The position numbers and the translations under genes were made by a program. From Eledone cirrhosa (lineage: Eukaryota), in NCBI GenBank assembly GCA_964016885.1, contig OZ024760.1, positions 18,290,001 to 18,354,000 of the forward strand: 64,000 nt of DNA. Direction: 5' to 3'. Shown here piece after piece: positions 39,687 to 53,262 of this stretch; position 1 is the stretch's first letter, and each line of letters opens with the position of its first letter. The notes under the pieces were generated by a model that did not search any database, was not told where the DNA came from, and was given only the letters and a program-made list of their open reading frames with translations.

Positions 39687-39906
39687 CCCTTTACCATTTA
39701 CATTACTCTATATATACTATTATATTTACACGGTAAAGGCTTTACCTCACATAATTACCTCACATAATATCGAATCCACAAGATTTTGATATTATTTATT
39801 TTGAGACAATACCTTAATATCAGTATGAGCGGCCAGTTACAACTGGTTTGAACAGAAAGAGATGAGACAATTCTGGCCGGATATGGCCGGTTTAAATGCT
39901 AAAGGG
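39687..39906 (+). mobile_element. Intact 220-bp piggyBac-type MITE
   Basis: TTAA on both sides; TIRs CCCTTTA(C/G)CATTTA; lies between two RTE fragments. Confidence 0.85.
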
Positions 39907-39910
39907 TTAA

Positions 39911-40400
39911 ACCCAGTCTCTCCCTCAGTTCAGCCAAGCTTTGCTTTTTCTCAGAATTTACATTGCATATCCAGCAAATCATGTTTGCTTCATTTCTTTC
40001 CAGTCTAGATATGTCCTTTGCAGTCACTGCCCATGTTTCACTAACATGTAGCACCACATGTCCTTTGCAGTCACTGCCCATGTTTCACTAACATGTAGCA
40101 CCACATGTCCTCTGCGGTCACCTCCCGTGTTTCACTAACATGTAGCACCACATGTGCTCTGCAGTCACTGCCCATGTTTCACTAACATGTAGCACCACAC
40201 TTTGCACACAAACATCATACAGTCATCCATTTGTACGTAAGGAGAAACTTTTTATTGTCAACAGTAGGAGAACTGCTCTAAACTTCTTCCATCCTATCCT
40301 TATTCTAGCTATTATGCTCCCAAAGCACCCTCCTCCACTGCTAATTAAGTCACCTAGATAGCAGAAGCTATCAACCACTTCTTTTGATCCTTCCTCTAAT
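39911..40400 (-). pseudogene. RTE-clade LINE ORF fragment (post-RT region) with an internal 47-bp x4 repeat
   Basis: EVVDSFCYLGDLISSGGGC...ARIRIGWKKFR...VLHVSETWAVT...RLERNEANMICWICNV; stop codon and frameshifting duplication. Confidence 0.85.
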
Positions 40401-40404
40401 TGTA

Positions 40405-42145
40405 CAACACCATAAAGTCTGTTTGTGGCTCCTACATTGAACAACATCATAAAGTCTCTGTATGTGGCTCCTATATTGAACAACACCATGGTTGCTTTAT
40501 TTGTGGCTCCTATATTGAACAGCACCATAGAGGCTTTATTTGTGGCTCCTATATTGAACAACGCCATAAAATCTGTTTGTGGCTCCTATATTGAACAGCA
40601 CCATAAAATCTGTTTGTGGCTCCTATATTGAACAGCACCATAAAATCTGTTTGTGGCTCCTATATTGAACTACACCATAAAGTCTGTTTGTGGCTCCTAT
40701 ATTGAACTATACCATAAAATCTGTTTGTGGCTCCTATATTGAACTACACCATAAAATCTGTTTGTGGCTCCTATATTGAACTACACCATAAAATCTGTTT
40801 GTGGCTCCTATATTGAACTACACCATAAAATCTGTTTGTGGCTCCTATATTGAACTACACCATAAAATCTGTTTGTGGCTCCTATATTGAACTATACCAT
40901 AAAATCTGTTTGTGGCTCCTATATTGAACTATACCATAAAATCTGTTTGTGGCTCCTATATTGAACAGCACCATAAAATCTGTTTGTGGCTCCTATATTG
41001 AACAGCACCATAAAGTCTGTTTGTGGCTCCTATATTGAACTACACCATAAAATCTGTTTGTGGCTCCTATATTGAACTACACCATAAAATCTGTTTGTGG
41101 CTCCTATATTGAACTACACCATAAAATCTGTTTGTGGCTCCTATATTGAACTACACCATAAAATCTGTTTGTGGCTCCTATATTGAACTACACCATAAAA
41201 TCTGTTTGTGGCTCCTATATTGAACAGCACCATAAAGTCTGTTTGTGGCTCCTATATTGAACTACACCATAAAATCTGTTTGTGGCTCCTATATTGAACT
41301 ACACCATAAAATCTGTTTGTGGCTCCTATATTGAACTATACCATAAAATCTGTATGTGGCTCCTATATTGAACTACACCATAAAATCTGTTTGTGGCTCC
41401 TATATTGAACTATACCATAAAATCTGTTTGTGGCTCCTATATTGAACTACACCATAAAATCTGTTTGTGGCTCCTATATTGAACTACACCATAAAATCTG
41501 TTTGTGGCTCCTATATTGAACTATACCATAAAATCTGTTTGTGGCTCCTATATTGAACAGCACCATAAAGTCTGTTTGTGGCTCCTATATTGAACTACAC
41601 CATAAAGTCTGTTTGTGGCTCCTATATTGAACTACACCATAAAATCTGTTTGTGGCTCCTATATTGAACAGCACCATAAAATCTGTTTGTGGCTCCTATA
41701 TTGAACTACACCATAAAATCTGTTTGTGGCTCCTATATTGAACAGCACCATAAAATCTGTTTGTGGCTCCTATATTGAACTACACCATAAAATCTGTTTG
41801 TGGCTCCTATATTGAACTACACCATAAAATCTGTTTGTGGCTCCTATATTGAACTACACCATAAAATCTGTTTGTGGCTCCTATATTGAACTACACCATA
41901 AAATCTGTTTGTGGCTCCTATATTGAACAGCACCATAAAATCTGTTTGTGGCTCCTATATTGAACTACACCATAAAATCTGTTTGTGGCTCCTATATTGA
42001 ACTACACCATAAAATCTGTTTGTGGCTCCTATATTGAACTACACCATAAAATCTGTTTGTGGCTCCTATATTGAACAGCACCATAAAATCTGTTTGTGGC
42101 TCCTATATTGAACAGCACCATAGAGGCTCAGTCGGGACTCCTATA
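40405..42145. repeat. 37-bp satellite CCATAAAATCTGTTTGTGGCTCCTATATTGAACTACA, ~47 copies
   Basis: Direct inspection; abuts the RTE fragment. Confidence 0.95.
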
Positions 42146-42211
42146 TTTATTTGATGTTACAGTTTTTAATTTCCGCAAGATAACATAGAAAACACAGTAA
42201 AATTATATATA

Positions 42212-42261
<50 letters not shown>

Positions 42262-42577
42262 CATACATATACATATACATACATATACATATATGTGTAT
42301 TTATACATACAGATACATATATATATATATGTATATATGTATATATACATACATATACATACATATATATATGTGTATATATACATACATATACGTATAT
42401 ATATATGTATATATGTATATATGTATATATACATACATATACATACATATATATATCTGTATATATACATACATATACGTATATACATATATGCATATAC
42501 ACTCACTCACACAAACATACATATATACACACACAAACATACATATATACATACACATACACTCACTCACACATATT

Positions 42578-42617
<40 letters not shown>

Positions 42618-43078
42618 TACATACATACACATACACTCACTCACACTTACATACACACACACACAAACATACATATATATGCACACACACATATGTACAT
42701 ACACACACAAACATACACATATACACACACAAAGTATTGATCATGGTTATCAAAATAGCCAACAGTTGCTAGTCTTTCTCGAATCTAATTATATCAAACA
42801 TGCACACATTAGCATGGTATATGGCACACACACACACACACACACACATGCACATACCATGGTATATAGCTCACACACACATTAGTATGCTATATAACCT
42901 TTCTATATCATCCCATGATACCCCCCCCCCTCCTCCTTCTCTCTTCATCCCTTTGGGATAATTTACACTAAAACAAACATTCGACTGAGTATATACATAG
43001 TATATAAATACATATATGTATGTATATATACATATATGTGTGTATATATACATATATGTATGTGTATATATATATACA

Positions 43079-43178
43079 CAAGGTGTGCCAAAAAATGTTT
43101 ACACACTTTAATTATCTAGATAGGCAATATTTATTAGAATGCTATTGAAGTGTGTATACATTTTTGGGGGACACCCTG
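43079..43178. mobile_element. 100-bp Tc1/mariner-type MITE
   Basis: ~33-bp imperfect TIRs CA(A/G)GGTGT(G/C)CC..AAAATGT(T/A)TACACACTT; TA on the right, inside (TA)n. Confidence 0.7.
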
Positions 43179-43440
43179 TATATATATATATACTAACACA
43201 TACACACACATATGCAAATGGCAAAATCAATAAATCGCTCATCCACGCTTGCCAGATCAATGCTACAAAAGGTAGCACAAAGTATATAAAATGTGGCAGA
43301 TTTTGATAGAAATTATTGCTAGGTATAGCTTGGACTGGATTGAATACTGAGATATCTCCAGCTCACACTTGTGGGGGCCCAGTCCTATAATACATACACG
43401 CAGCTCACACTTGGGATTGGGGGGGGGGGGGGGTCAGTTC

Positions 43441-44234
43441 TAGAAATATGGTAACGAAAGGGTTAATGACATAGACAGTGTCTTTCATTAGTAATATGGT
43501 AATGAAAGGGTTAATGACATAGACAGTGTCTTTCATTAGAAATATGGTAATGAAAGGGTTAAAGACATAGACAGTGTCTTTCATTAGAAATATGGTAACG
43601 AACGGGTTAATGACATAGACAGTGTCTTTCATTAGAAATATGGTAATGAAAGGGTTAATGACATAGACAGTGTCTTTCATTAGAAATATGGTAATGAAAG
43701 GGTTAATGACATAGACAGTGTCTTTCATTAGAAATATGGTAATGAAAGGGTTAATGACATAGACAGTGTCTTTCATTAGAAATATGGTAATGAAAGGGTT
43801 AATGACATAGACAGTGTCTTTCATTAGAAATATGGTAACGAAAGGGTTAATGACATAGACAGTGTCTTTCATTAGAAATATGGTAATGAAAGGGTTAATG
43901 ACATAGACAGTGTCTTTCATTAGAAATATGGTAACGAAAGGGTTAATGACATAGACAGTGTCTTTCATTAGAAATATGGTAATGAAAGGGTTAATGACAT
44001 AGACAGTGTCTTTCATTAGAAATATGGTAATGAAAGGGTTAATGACATAGACAGTGTCTTTCATTAGAAATATGGTAATGAAAGGGTTAATGACATAGAC
44101 AGTGTCTTTCATTAGAAATATGGTAACGAAAGGGTTAATGACATAGACAGTGTCTTTCATTAGAAATATGGTAATGAAAGGGTTAATGACATAGACAGTG
44201 TCTTACATTAGAAATATGGTAATGAAAGGGTTAA
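43441..44234. repeat. 48-bp satellite, ~16.5 copies
   Basis: Same unit as 10325-10851. Confidence 0.95.
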
Positions 44235-44555
44235 TTAATACTTGTATGTCTACCCTAAATGTTTCCTCTACCCTCACCTGGTACCTGTGACCTCTATCTA
44301 ACCCCTAGTATTATGTAAGGGTCTTTGTCTCATGTTTTCATTTCTCTCCTCAATACATATTAAAGTTTCTTTTTACTTCTTCTACGTTACACAATAACAC
44401 CCCCTCTCTCCCCCTCTCTCTCTCTATCTCTCTCCCCCTCTCTCTCTCTCTCTCTCCCTCTTGCTTTCTCTGTAACACCCCTGCTGCCTCTCTCCCTCTT
44501 TCTCTTTCCTCAGTCTCTCCCTTCTCTCTATCTTTCTCTTGCTGTAGCACCCCTG

Positions 44556-44593
<38 letters not shown>

Positions 44594-44623
44594 CTCACTC
44601 TCTTTATCTCTATCCCTCTCATC

Positions 44624-44661
<38 letters not shown>

Positions 44662-45605
44662 CACCCTCTCTCTTTCTCTTTGTCTTTCTCTGTTGCATTT
44701 CCTTTCATTCATTCAGTTACTCTCTTCTCCCCCCCCCTCCTCTCCCTTTCCCCCTCTCTCCCCCTCCCTCTCTCTCCTTCTCCTCCCCCTCTCCCCAGAC
44801 TAGTCACTACCCCCCCTCCACTAACCACAATATAGGTACAAGGGTGGAGTTCAATTAGCCCACCCCTTCCTCCTCATTACTTAAACAACAAACATGTTCT
44901 CAGATCACAAACCCTTTCCTTTCTCACTGTCTGTCTGTCTGTCTGTCTCTGTGTATATATATATATGTGTGTGTGTGTGTGTTTATGAGTGTGTGTGGGC
45001 ATGTGTGTGCTTCCACAATCCTTTTACATGTATTGTATGTTTGTGTGTGTATATATATATGTGTGTGTGTGTTTTTATGTGTGTGTGTGTGTCTGTGTAT
45101 ATATTTATGTTTTATGACTGTGTCTGTGTGTGTGTATGTGTGTGCTTCGCAGCCTACAGCAATTCCTTTCCGGAAACTATGTATCTGTGTGTGTATATAT
45201 ATATATATGTGTGTGTATGATGATGTGTATATATATATATATATATATGTGTCTGTGTATATGTATGTGTGTATTTGTGTATGTATGAATGAATGTGTGT
45301 ATGTATGCATGTGTGTGTGTATGTATAAATGTGTATATGTGTGTGATGTAACAACCAGATTTAAGTCCTTCCTCTATATACATACTTAGATCATACCACC
45401 TGCACCTGTGCAATGGGGAAATTTCCAGTTCAGACCACTTATATATATATATATATCATCATCATCATCATCATTTAATGTCTATTTTCCATGCTAACAT
45501 GTCTTAGATGGGTTGTCCCATTTGAGGCAAGTCAGGTCTGACGACCATGTCTTGCTCAAACAGAACTGTTTCTGGCTTGGTTTCAACAGTTGGATGCCCT
45601 TCTTA

Positions 45606-46262
45606 CACCCACAAGATTATTAACCATCTTGCCAACAACAACCCTGAGCACCTTTTTGAATTCCAAGTGTCTAACACACGTAGGCATGCCAACAAAGTCA
45701 GAAAACAGCACAGCTCCCATGACTTTTGGAAACATTTTTTCACTCTCAGAGTTGCTGAAGCATGGAACAAACTACCTGCATCAGTTGTTAGCTGTCGAGA
45801 CACGGCATCCTTTAAAACCTCCATGTCGAGACACTGCATCATTTAAAACCTCCATGTCGAGTCACTGCATCCTTTAAAACCTCCATGTCGAAACACTGCA
45901 TCCTTTAAAACCTCCATGTTGAGATACTGCATCATTTAAAACCTCCATGTCGAGTCACTGCACCCTTTAAAACCTCCATGTTGAGATACTGCATCATTTA
46001 AAACCTCCATGTTGAGATACTGCATCATTTAAAACCTCCATGTCGAAACACTGCACCCTTTAAAACCTCCATGCTTCCTGAAATTCACCAACACTGCACC
46101 TGATGTCCCCCGCTATACCCACGCACACATGTATATCACGACTCATACACTGTTCATTTTCCTGACATTTGTACATTATTCTATGTACTATACATGCACC
46201 TTTGATAAGTTGCAGTGCACCTAAGCACTGTACACAATAATTTCATTATCATTATTATTATT
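45606..46262 (+). pseudogene. CR1-like LINE 3' end (ORF2 C-terminus plus 3' UTR) with a 31-bp x9 internal expansion (45794-46072)
   Basis: NTRRH...KHFFTLRVAEAWNKLPASVV...SFK motif typical of CR1/L2 C-termini; (ATT)n tail. Confidence 0.8.
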
Positions 46263-46549
46263 TATTTAATGCAAACCACATTTCGTAATATTACATCATG
46301 GTTTACTTCGAGGAAAGACTAATTCTACTCACCACCAAATCTAAGCTTATATAACGTATTGTTATTACTCTGGGGTTCTTTTCCCCCTCCGAGTGCTAAA
46401 GCTACAGACCGATTCTGCATTCGTTAGCTTGGCCGTGTTCTAAAGCTTCGTTAATGCTGTACTAAAATTTATATATAGATATGTAATATATATATGTCAT
46501 ATATATAGTAAATGAGTGAAAAATAACGTGGCAGCTGTACAATAGGGTT

Positions 46550-46897
46550 TCATCATCATCACCATCATCATCATTTTAGGTCCACTTTTCCCTGCTTGCA
46601 AGGGTGGGACGGGACCTGATTCTGGCTTGATCTCTACAGCTGGATGCCCTTCCTAACACCAACCTCATTTACAGTGAGTGCTGGGTGCTTTTTTGCCGTG
46701 GCACCTCCACGACCACTTTGCAGTGGAATGATAGGGACCCCCAGTCCCTATCATCTCATTTCTACAGCTGAGTAAACTGGAGCAATGTGGAATAAAGTGT
46801 CTTGCTCAAGGAAACAATACATCACCCGGTCTGAGAATTGAATCCACAACCTTTCGATTGCAAGGCCAATGCTCTAACCACTAAGCCATGTGCCTCC
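46550..46897 (-). mobile_element. SINE family 1, full length
   Basis: Reverse complement of the other copies. Confidence 0.9.
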
Positions 46898-46957
46898 ATA
46901 TATACTATATAAATATATATATAGTATATTTTGTATATACATATATATATATGCATG

Positions 46958-47155
46958 TATGTAAAAGGTAAACAGAAATAACAACACAATCGGTACAGTA
47001 TATGGAAGGGATTTATTAGGTTAATGCTTGATATAGCAGGAAGAGGGTCTTAACGTTTCGGACGCTAGTCCTTCATCAGAAGAAAAAATGAGAAATAAGA
47101 TAGATTGAGGGGACGGACGGGGGTGGAATGGAAAAAATGTCTTTAGATAAGAATA
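46958..47155 (-). mobile_element. Penelope-like pLTR relic, family C
   Basis: Homologous to 4005-4200 and 59440-59642. Confidence 0.75.
47048..47083 (-). ncRNA. Intact minimal hammerhead ribozyme, family C
   Basis: UCUU CUGAUGA A GGAC UAGC GUCC GAAA CG UU AAGA; palindromic AACGUU stem III typical of PLE hammerheads. Confidence 0.85.
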
Positions 47156-47394
47156 TGTGTGTGCCTGAGGGAACTGCTGTCCATAATGTATTAGGTTGCT
47201 TTGGTCCTAAGTTCCCTTTAATCTTAGGATTACATAAAATGGTCGTCCATGAAAGGACTCAATGCAGTGAATATAGAGGGGTTATAGTGTAGTGATAGTT
47301 GCCATGATGATGTTGATAGTGACTATTATAGTTATGATGATGCTGATGATGATGACTTGTCATTCCACTGTTGAATATCCTGGTTGTGTGACTG

Positions 47395-47925
47395 TCTGTG
47401 AGTGTATGGCTGTGTGTGTGTGTGTGAGTGTATGGCTGTGTGTGAGTGTATGGCTGTGTCACTGTGTGTGTGTGTGGATCTGTGTGTGTGAGTGTATGGC
47501 TGTGTCACTGTGTGTGTGTGGATCTGTGTGTGTGAGTGTATGGCTGTGTCACTGTGTGTGTGTGTGGATCTATGTGTGTGAGTGTATGGCTGTGTCACTG
47601 TGTGTGTGTGTGGATCTGTGTGTGTGAGTGTATGGCTGTGTCACTGTGTGTGTGTGTGGATCTGTGTGTGTGAGTGTATGGCTGTGTCACTGTGTGTGTG
47701 TGGATCTGTGTGTGTGAGTGTATGGCTGTGTCACTGTGTGTGTGTGGATCTGTGTGAGTGTATGGCTGTGTCACTGTGTGTGTGTGTGGATCTGTGTGTG
47801 AGTGTATGGCTGTGTCACTGTGTGTGTGTGTGGATCTATGTGTGTGAGTGTATGGCTGTGTCACTGTGTGTGTGTGTGAGTGTATGGCTGTGTCACTGTG
47901 TGTGTGTGTGGATCTGTGTGTGCCT
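47395..47925. repeat. ~40-bp TG-rich minisatellite (GAGTGTATGGCTGTGTCACTG...GGATCT)
   Basis: Direct inspection. Confidence 0.85.
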
Positions 47926-48195
47926 GTGTATTTTATAGCTTTCAACTAATTTACTATTCCAGACTTCCTTCCTTCCACCCTATTACCCCTACTACCACCA
48001 CCACCCACCCCTACCCTGTTCCCACCCCCTCATCAGCCCCAGCCCCACCCTGTGTCTTCCACCAGAATTATCTGAAATAGATCCACTTGTGTTTATGATA
48101 TCAACTGGGTTTATATATGGAGGGGGGGGGTCTTAGTTTTTGTAAATGACTAACTTTTATATAATTGTAATATGATATCTCTGTCTGTATATATG

Positions 48196-48259
<64 letters not shown>

Positions 48260-48409
48260 GTGTGTGTGTGTATATATAGTGTGTGTATATGTGTGTATAT
48301 ATATATATGTGTGTGTGTATATATGTGTGTGTGTGTGTATATATGTGGGTGTGTGTGTGTATATATATATATGTGTGTGTGTGTGTCTGTCCATAGGTCA
48401 GAGAGTATA

Positions 48410-49245
48410 TTATGTGTGTGTATCTGTGTATCTGTCTATCTGTCCATGTATGTTTATGTGTGTGTGTGTGTGTATCTGTGTATCTGTCCATGTATGTTTA
48501 TGTGTGTATATCTGTGTATCTGTCCATGTATGTTTATGTGTGTGTGTGTGTATCTGTCCATGTATGTTTATGTGTGTATCTGTGTATCTGTCCATGTATG
48601 TTTATGTGTGTGTGTGTATCTGTGTATCTGTCCATGTATGTTTATGTGTGTATCTGTGTATCTGTCCATGTATGTTTATGTGTGTGTATCTGTGTATCTG
48701 TCCATTTATGTTTATGTGTGTGTCTGTGTATCTGTGTATCTGTCCATGTATGTTTATGTGTGTGTATCTGTGTATCTGTCCATGTATGTTTGTGTGTGTG
48801 TATCTGTGTATCTGTCCATGTATGTTTATGTGTGTATCTGTGTATCTGTCCATGTATGTTTATGTGTGTATATCTGTGTATCTGTCCATGTATGTTTATG
48901 TGTGTGTGTGTGTATCTGTGTATCTGTCCATGTATGTTTATGTGTGTGTCTGTGTATCTGTCCATGTATATTTATGTGTGTGTATCTCTGTATCTGTCCA
49001 TGTATGTTTATGTGTGTATATCTGTGTATCTGTCCATGTATGTTTATGTGTGTGTGTGTGTATCTGTGTATCTGTCCATGTATGTTTGTGTGTGTGTGTG
49101 TGTATATCTGTGTATCTGTCCATGTATGTTTATGTGTGTATATCTGTGTATCTGTCCGTGTGTGTGTGTGTGTGTGTGTATCTGTGTATCTGTCCATGTA
49201 TGTTTATGTGTGTGTATCTCTGTATCTGTCCATGTATGTGTATGT
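48410..49245. repeat. ~35-bp minisatellite TATCTGTGTATCTGTCCATGTATGTTTA(TG)n
   Basis: Direct inspection. Confidence 0.85.
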
Positions 49246-51236
49246 GTGTGTATATACATATATAAATGCATATGTTGTGTTTTGTTTATCATAATGTTTG
49301 TTCCAGGTTAAAGTATCTGCATATTACATCTTCACACACCTGCTGTATGGTGGTGGTGGTGGTGGTAGTGTTGGTGGTGGTGGTAGTAGTGTTGGTGGTG
49401 GTGGTGGTGGTGGTGGTAGTGTTGGTGGTGGTGGTAGTGTTGGTGGTGGTGGTAGTGTTGGTGGCCGTGTTGGTGGTGGTAGTGTTGGTGGTGGTGGTAG
49501 TAGTAGTGTTGATGGTGGTGGTGGTAGTGTTGTCGCAGTGGTGGTGGTGGTGGTAGTGTTGTCGCAGTGGTGGTGGTGGTGGTAGTAGTGTTGGTGGTGG
49601 TGGTAGTGTTGTGGTGGTGGTGGTGGTGGTAGTGTTGTCGCAGTGGTGGTGGTGGTAGGGTTGTCGCAGTGGTGGTGGTGGTGGTGGTAGTGTTGGTGGT
49701 GATGGTAGTGTTGTCGCAGTGGTGGTGGTGGTAGGGTTGTCGCAGTGGTGGTGGTGGTGGTAGTAGTGTTGGTGGTGGTGGTGGTGGTAGGGTTGTCGCG
49801 GTGGTGGTGGTGGTGGTGGTAGTGTTGTAGCAGTGGTGGTGGTAGTAGAGGAGACAGTTGCAGTAATAGTAGTTATGGTATTAGTGGTGTTAGTATTGTT
49901 GTAGTATAGGTTGAAGTAATAATGGAAGTTTTCATTATTTCTACTGTTTCATATCATTCTAGCTTACACTAACAACATCCAGCTGCTATATCCTGTTACA
50001 CTGAAGTTTTATATATACACATATATACACACATATATACACACATATATATACACACACATATATATACATACATATATATATACACATATATATATAT
50101 ATATACACACATATATTTACACACACATATATATATATATACACACATATATATACACACACATATATATACATACATATATATACACATATATATATAC
50201 ATATATATATACATACATATATATATACATACATATATATACACATATATATACACACACATATATATACACACACATATATATACACACACATATATAT
50301 ACATACATATATATACACATATACATATACATACATATATATACACATATATATATATACACACATATATATACACACACATATATACATACATGTATAT
50401 ACACATATATACACACATATATATACACACACGCATATATATACATACATATATATACACATATATATATATATACACACATATATATATATATACATAC
50501 ATATATATATATATATATACACACACATATATACATACATGTATATACACATATATACACACATATATATACACACACATATATATACATACATATATAT
50601 ACACATATATATATACATACATATATATATACATACATATATATATACACATATATATATATACACACATATATATACACACACATATATACATACATAT
50701 GTATATACACACACATATATATACATACATATATATACACATATATATATATATACACACACATATATATACACACATATATACATACATATACACACAC
50801 ATACACATATATATATACACACACACATATATATACATATACATATATATACACGCACATTCACATATAAATATACAAGCATACACATATATACACACAT
50901 ATATACACACATACACACATATATACACACACACACATATATACACATACACACACAGACATACTTAGATATATTTTTACTTTACACACACAAAAACAGA
51001 TAAATACATATATATATATTTACTTACACTCACTCACACACACATATTTTCTTTACACACACACACTCACATACACACACATCTATACATACATATATAT
51101 ACACACTCACACACATTGCATTCAGCCGTAGAAAACTTGCGAGAAACAAAACAATCTGAGAGGTGAGTAGCCTTGCCAGAGCACTGAATCTGTGACAACC
51201 TGTGCAGTCCTTGCTAGCAGAGAAAACAGAAGTTAA

Positions 51237-51286
<50 letters not shown>

Positions 51287-51434
51287 ATCCCGTTATGGGT
51301 GAAAGCAGCGATTCTTTGCTTAAACTTTAATCTGTTATTTTAATAAATATATATATGTATATATATATATATATATATATCGTTTCTGAATTTGTTTAGC
51401 AAGATTCTTTATCTGAAATCGTGTGTTGAAACCG

Positions 51435-51784
51435 ATATTGTTATACTTTGGGAGGGTCATGTTGCCAATAAGAAACACACGCACCAGTTGCTTTCACTTC
51501 AATTTATTATATATTTATAAATTTATAAATTTACAAATTTACAAATCTACAAACTTATAAATTTCTGGTTGGAGGTCACAGAGTGTGTGACGAAAGGACT
51601 ATGACTATATATATATAAACAACTATCTGGTTGTGGAACCAACCAACCAACCAGAAATTTATAAGTTTGTAGATTTGTAAATTTGTAAATTTATAAATTT
51701 ATAAATATATAATAAATTGAAGTGAAAGCAACTGGTGCGTGTGTTTCTTATTGGCAACATGACCCTCCCAAAGTATAACAATAT
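51435..51784. repeat. Inverted pair of an unclassified interspersed repeat (138-bp arms)
   Basis: 51435-51572 is the reverse complement of 51647-51784; third copy at 60046-60180. Confidence 0.85.
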
Positions 51785-52342
51785 ATATATAAAGGTTATC
51801 ATATACATAAAATTAAAGATATATACGTTGCAACTGTTCACTTTTAAGCTCTATGAAGAATTAATAAATTAAATTAAATTAAAATCAAAAAATCAGAGCA
51901 TTATATCATAAATCATGTCTATAGAAACATCAGATATTAAAAGGTGATATGGGATATAATTACGGTATGTGCGCATTTCTTCTAAGTTTAATTTTACTAC
52001 TAATTGTGTGTGGTTGATGGTATATTTGGTCGAAGTCTACATGCTGTCGAAATGTTCGATAAACAATAGAACGGGGCTGCCGCGAAGAGGCTACGATCGA
52101 TTGTTTGTCAGAGATTTCCCCATAAGAAAATTTATTCTTAAAGCTTGCTAGATTTGATTTTGTATATGGTTAATTATGCTAATTAGAAGAAGAAATGGTA
52201 TATATTTTAATATCTGATGATTCTAAAGACATGATTTATGATATATATATATATACATACACATATATATATATATACATACACACATATATATGTATAT
52301 ATATATATATATATACAAACACACATATATATATATATGTGT

Positions 52343-52514
52343 GGTGTGGTAAGGAACCAGGTGGACCATAACGCACCAGAGTACTCAATACTTAGGGTAG
52401 TAGAGTGGGTAATAGTAAAAAGTTTAACCCCGAGGACAGAGTTCAAGCTGTTTCGACGGCTATTTCAGAAATAGCCGTCAAAACTTGAACTCTGCCGTCG
52501 GGGTTAAACTTTTT
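52343..52514. mobile_element. Family G inverted cassette (hairpin 52417-52514)
   Basis: ~50-bp arms centred at 52467; homologous to 2470-2590; shares GTATTGAGTAC with the family B tail. Confidence 0.6.
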
Positions 52515-52515
52515 C

Positions 52516-52573
<58 letters not shown>

Positions 52574-52902
52574 ATGTATATATATGTGTGTATGTGTGTG
52601 TTCGTTAGATGTGTAACAACAGTTACAGGTGGCGCGCCATTCAAAGGACTCAATGCTGTTACGAGGTTCATTTCATTTGGGTTGTATTCCAGAGTTATGG
52701 CTGTGCAGAGTGTAAATAGATTTAAAAGAATCGAAGTCAATGTTGCAGCATATATACAAACTTTATTTGCATATCACAATTGTTTTGCCATTAATCAATT
52801 GATCAGCTCAAGGTACAATCAAAGGGTGGGGGTCCAACATTTTTTCAAAATCTCGTCAGATATATGAGTTTACATGTACAAAGACGTCTTGGTACATATA
52901 AT

Positions 52903-53091
52903 TGTTTCTACTTTTGGCACAAGGCCAGCAACTATCCCAGTGTACCACTGGTACTATATTTTATCGACCCCGTAAGGATGAAAGGCAAAGTTAACCTCGG
53001 CGGGATTTGAACTCAGATCATAAAGGGCCGTAACTCCTTTGCTGTAAAGCATGGCATCCGACCCTCTACCGATACTGCCAATCCACCGCCC
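52903..53091 (-). mobile_element. Full-length SINE family 2 with a 16-bp target-site duplication
   Basis: TCTTGGTACATATAAT at 52887-52902 and 53092-53107; A box TGGCAGTATCGG, B box GAGTTCAAATCC. Confidence 0.9.
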
Positions 53092-53262
53092 TCTTGGTAC
53101 ATATAATCCACCGATGTCTTGGTACATATAATCTTCGAAAATTGTGAGGGATAGTGTCTTTCGTTAGAAACATGGTAACGAAAGGATTAAAGTGTTATTA
53201 GCTGTCGAGACACTGCATCCTTTAACCCTTCAGCATTTCCGTTACTCTATATATACTATCAA

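Noticed and set aside
40405-42145. 37-bp repeat of CRISPR-like length
   Set aside because: Head-to-tail with no spacers; a satellite.
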